From a virus (lineage: Duplodnaviria; Caudoviricetes): 58,326 nt of DNA. The notes below the pieces were generated by a model. The model was not told the DNA's origin and ran no database searches. It was given only the letters and a program-made list of their open reading frames with translations. Positions 55,972-58,326 of the stretch are shown here, piece by piece (positions within the stretch are counted from its first letter, which is position 1; the number at the start of each line of letters is the position of its first letter). The position numbers and the translations under genes are program-made. The DNA lies in IMG/VR virus record IMGVR_UViG_3300031509_000052, positions 1 through 58,326 of that record. The stretch is one strand, 5' to 3'.

Positions 55972-56062
55972 GCGTATCGCCGCTGATACCCGCACGCATG
56001 CGACAATCGCCGCGTGCGTGCGGGTATCAGCGGCGATACGCGCACCTGGTGCGCGTATCGCC
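55972..56062. repeat. Two overlapping long inverted repeats
   Basis: ~31-bp stem 55972-56041 with one mismatch; 15-bp perfect IR ggcgatacgcgcacc-t-ggtgcgcgtatcgcc at 56032-56062. Confidence 0.85.
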
Positions 56063-56083
56063 TGTTTGTTGTGGGTCTACCTG

Positions 56084-56290
56084 CTAGAGCGCCGTAGTCC
56101 TGAAGCGGCACGTATCCTCTGGTTCGTCGATCCACCAGTAGGTGAGCGTGCCGCTCTCATCATCAACGGCGTCGAAGTAGTAACATACTGCGTCGGTGTA
56201 CGGGATTTCTCCCAAACACCTCTCGATTGTGTGCCGTCCGAGCCACTTGGTGCGAATTTCGTGGACGTGAATCCACTTGTGGTTGTTCAC
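56084..56290 (-). CDS. Hypothetical protein
   Basis: GTG 56290 with ggagg SD. Confidence 0.5.
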   Translation of the reverse strand: MNNHKWIHVHEIRTKWLGRHTIERCLGEIPYTDAVCYYFDAVDDESGTLTYWWIDEPEDTCRFRTTAL

Positions 56291-56457
56291 TTGAACCTCC
56301 ACGAAAAATTTCCGCGCATTTACAAACGCGCGCAGTGCCGCGTTTACAAACGCGCGTATGCGTATGCGAACTTTCGCTCGCACACACATACGCGCGCCGA
56401 TCGCCGATGGCGATCGGACGCGGCCGCGCGCCCAGGGCGCTGAGACCTGGTCTCAGT

Positions 56458-56471
56458 AGAACATTTGTTCT
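56458..56471. promoter_or_regulatory. LexA box of GAAC-N4-GTTC type
   Basis: AGAAC-ATTT-GTTCT palindrome in a non-coding region. Confidence 0.5.
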
Positions 56472-56494
56472 GAATGCGATTCGGTCTCGAATTG

Positions 56495-56537
56495 GACTCA
56501 GTCTAAATCTGGAATGAATCCAGATTTAGACTGAGTC
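56495..56537. repeat. Perfect 19-bp AT-rich inverted repeat
   Basis: gactcagtctaaatctgga-atgaa-tccagatttagactgagtc. Confidence 0.9.
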
Positions 56538-56573
56538 TAGGTCTAGGCTTCGCGTCCTGGTGGCGCGCGGGTG

Positions 56574-57014
<441 letters not shown>

Positions 57015-57109
57015 AGGCGAACCTCCAAGTTGGGATCGTCGGGAGTGTCGCATGCGGCCGCCCGCGGCCGCCACGGCATGGCGTCATATGGTAAATGACT
57101 CCGGCCCCT

Positions 57110-57460
57110 CCTGGCGCTTCGGCGGCCGCGCCTGCGCCTTCGGCGGCCGCGCCTTCGGCCGCCTATGGCCATTCCCTGCGCCTACGGGCCGCTTGCGGCC
57201 GCTACGGGCCGCCTACGGGCCCGTACGCCTGCGCTACGCCATACGGGCCGCATACGCCCGCCTGCGGGCGCTTGCGGCCGCTATGGGCCGCTACGGGCCG
57301 CTACGGCCGCCTATGCGCCATACGGCCGCGCTTGCGGGCGCTTGCGGCCGCTTGCGCCCGCCTAGGGCTTCCTAGGGCTTCCTAGGGCTTCCTACGGCCG
57401 CTTGCGCGTCCTACGGCCGCTGGCGTACTGTGGGCACTGCGGCGGCCGCTACGGCCGTTA
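57110..57460. repeat. Degenerate short tandem repeat tract
   Basis: Units such as ctacg(g)gccg, cttgcg(g)gc(c)g, cttcggcggccgcgc and cctagggctt x3. Confidence 0.8.
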
Positions 57461-57482
57461 GCTCTACTGCTGGAGGGTCACG

Positions 57483-58100
57483 ATGACCATCGACTACGAG
57501 CGCGCCCGTGCCGAAGCGGAAGCGCGCATCAATGCATGGTTGAAAATTCTAGCCATGCAAGAACGGGCGCTTTCGAACGCCCGCATCGCTGCGGCCGTTC
57601 GGGCGCGGGCGCGGGCGGCCGCGCCTGCCGTCGCGTTCGCGAAAGCGGCCGCGAAGGAAGTTACGGCCGCCTACGATGCGCTGGCGCTGGCGCGCTTCGA
57701 AGCGCTGCGCCTGACGCAGTCGGCCGCGGGCGCCCGCCGGGCCGCGTGGCGCAAGCTTCGCGTGGCGCTGCGCTTGCGCTGCGCTTGCCATGCGGCCGCG
57801 GCCGTCGCGGCCGTCGATGCGGCCGTCGCAGCGGGCGCGGCCGCGCGCGAAGCGCGGGCCCGGGCGCAATCGGCAGCGGCCGCCTACGCCCGCGCTTGTG
57901 CCGAAAGCGAACGTTACCGGTACGAAGCTTCGGTGATCCTGTACGGGGGATGGTCAGTCGCGCCCGATGACCCGGGCGCGCCCGCGGCCGATGCGGCCGT
58001 CAGCACTGACGCCTTGATCGCGGCCGTGTACTCCGCGGCCGCGCCCGCCATCCGCGCCATGCGGCCGCGCCCGCGGGCGCAGTCGGGCGCGCAGGCGTAG
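57483..58100 (+). CDS. Ala/Arg-rich hypothetical protein
   Basis: ggagg SD and ATG; low complexity. Confidence 0.45.
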   Translation: MTIDYERARAEAEARINAWLKILAMQERALSNARIAAAVRARARAAAPAVAFAKAAAKEVTAAYDALALARFEALRLTQSAAGARRAAWRKLRVALRLRCACHAAAAVAAVDAAVAAGAAAREARARAQSAAAAYARACAESERYRYEASVILYGGWSVAPDDPGAPAADAAVSTDALIAAVYSAAAPAIRAMRPRPRAQSGAQA

Positions 58101-58139
58101 GCGGCCGCGCCCGCCCGCATAGCACCAGGACACATTACG

Positions 58140-58169
58140 CCACCGGATGGGACCCATCCCGTCCGGTGG
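58140..58169 (+). terminator. Hairpin after last ORF
   Basis: ccaccgga..tccggtgg outer stem. Confidence 0.45.
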
Positions 58170-58183
58170 TCCGCCTGTTATGG

Positions 58184-58211
58184 TTGCCACCCCCACAACC
58201 CGCGATATACT
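58184..58211 (+). promoter_or_regulatory. Possible promoter reading towards the genome end
   Basis: TTGCCA-16-TATACT. Confidence 0.45.
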
Positions 58212-58263
58212 CCCAAAACCCCACCAACAAACCAACGCTACGACGCCAGGCCAAAGCCCTAAG

Positions 58264-58295
58264 GCTATAGGCTATGGGCTATGGGCTATAGCCCC
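58264..58295 (-). repeat. Tandem heptamer array near the right end
   Basis: gctatag gctatgg gctatgg gctatag; reverse complement of the left-end gcccata units. Confidence 0.75.
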
Positions 58296-58326
58296 AAGCC
58301 CCGCCCCCAAGTCCCACTCCACCACT

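Noticed and set aside
57095-57385. ORFs in the tandem repeat tract
   Set aside because: Translations are low-complexity products of the DNA repeats

Overview
The window looks like an essentially complete, GC-rich, ~58 kb tailed-phage genome (siphovirus-like: tail tube plus tape measure, no sheath), opened just upstream of the packaging genes. Layout: head/tail module on + (0.25-21.9 kb); replication and nucleotide-metabolism module on - (21.9-32.4 kb); a mixed middle region (endolysin, ThyX, phosphoesterase, C5 methyltransferase); a second, detached fibre module (41.7-47.9 kb); and a leftward, probably early, operon of small genes (48-57 kb). I found no integrase, CRISPR array, tRNA or reverse transcriptase. 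The main finding is non-coding. Five type II (stem II open, pseudoknotted) hammerhead ribozymes sit on the - strand in intergenic gaps of the early operon (52.6-55.2 kb), each between a stop codon and the next Shine-Dalgarno. They would cut the polycistronic RNA into one- or two-gene units whose ends can re-form a complete chimeric hammerhead, so circular mRNAs are possible. The same region has a strand-biased TGTAAA motif, other structured RNA elements at hammerhead-less junctions and candidate anti-defence proteins. Elsewhere there is a promoter-terminator-bounded ~80-nt sRNA with an anti-SD sequence, a C5 MTase with a nested alternative-frame subunit, a split terminase, a protease-scaffold-capsid fusion and a -1 frameshift tail chaperone. 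All calls come from reading motifs by eye; no searches were run. A monoderm high-GC host (e.g. Chloroflexota or Actinomycetota) is an inference only.
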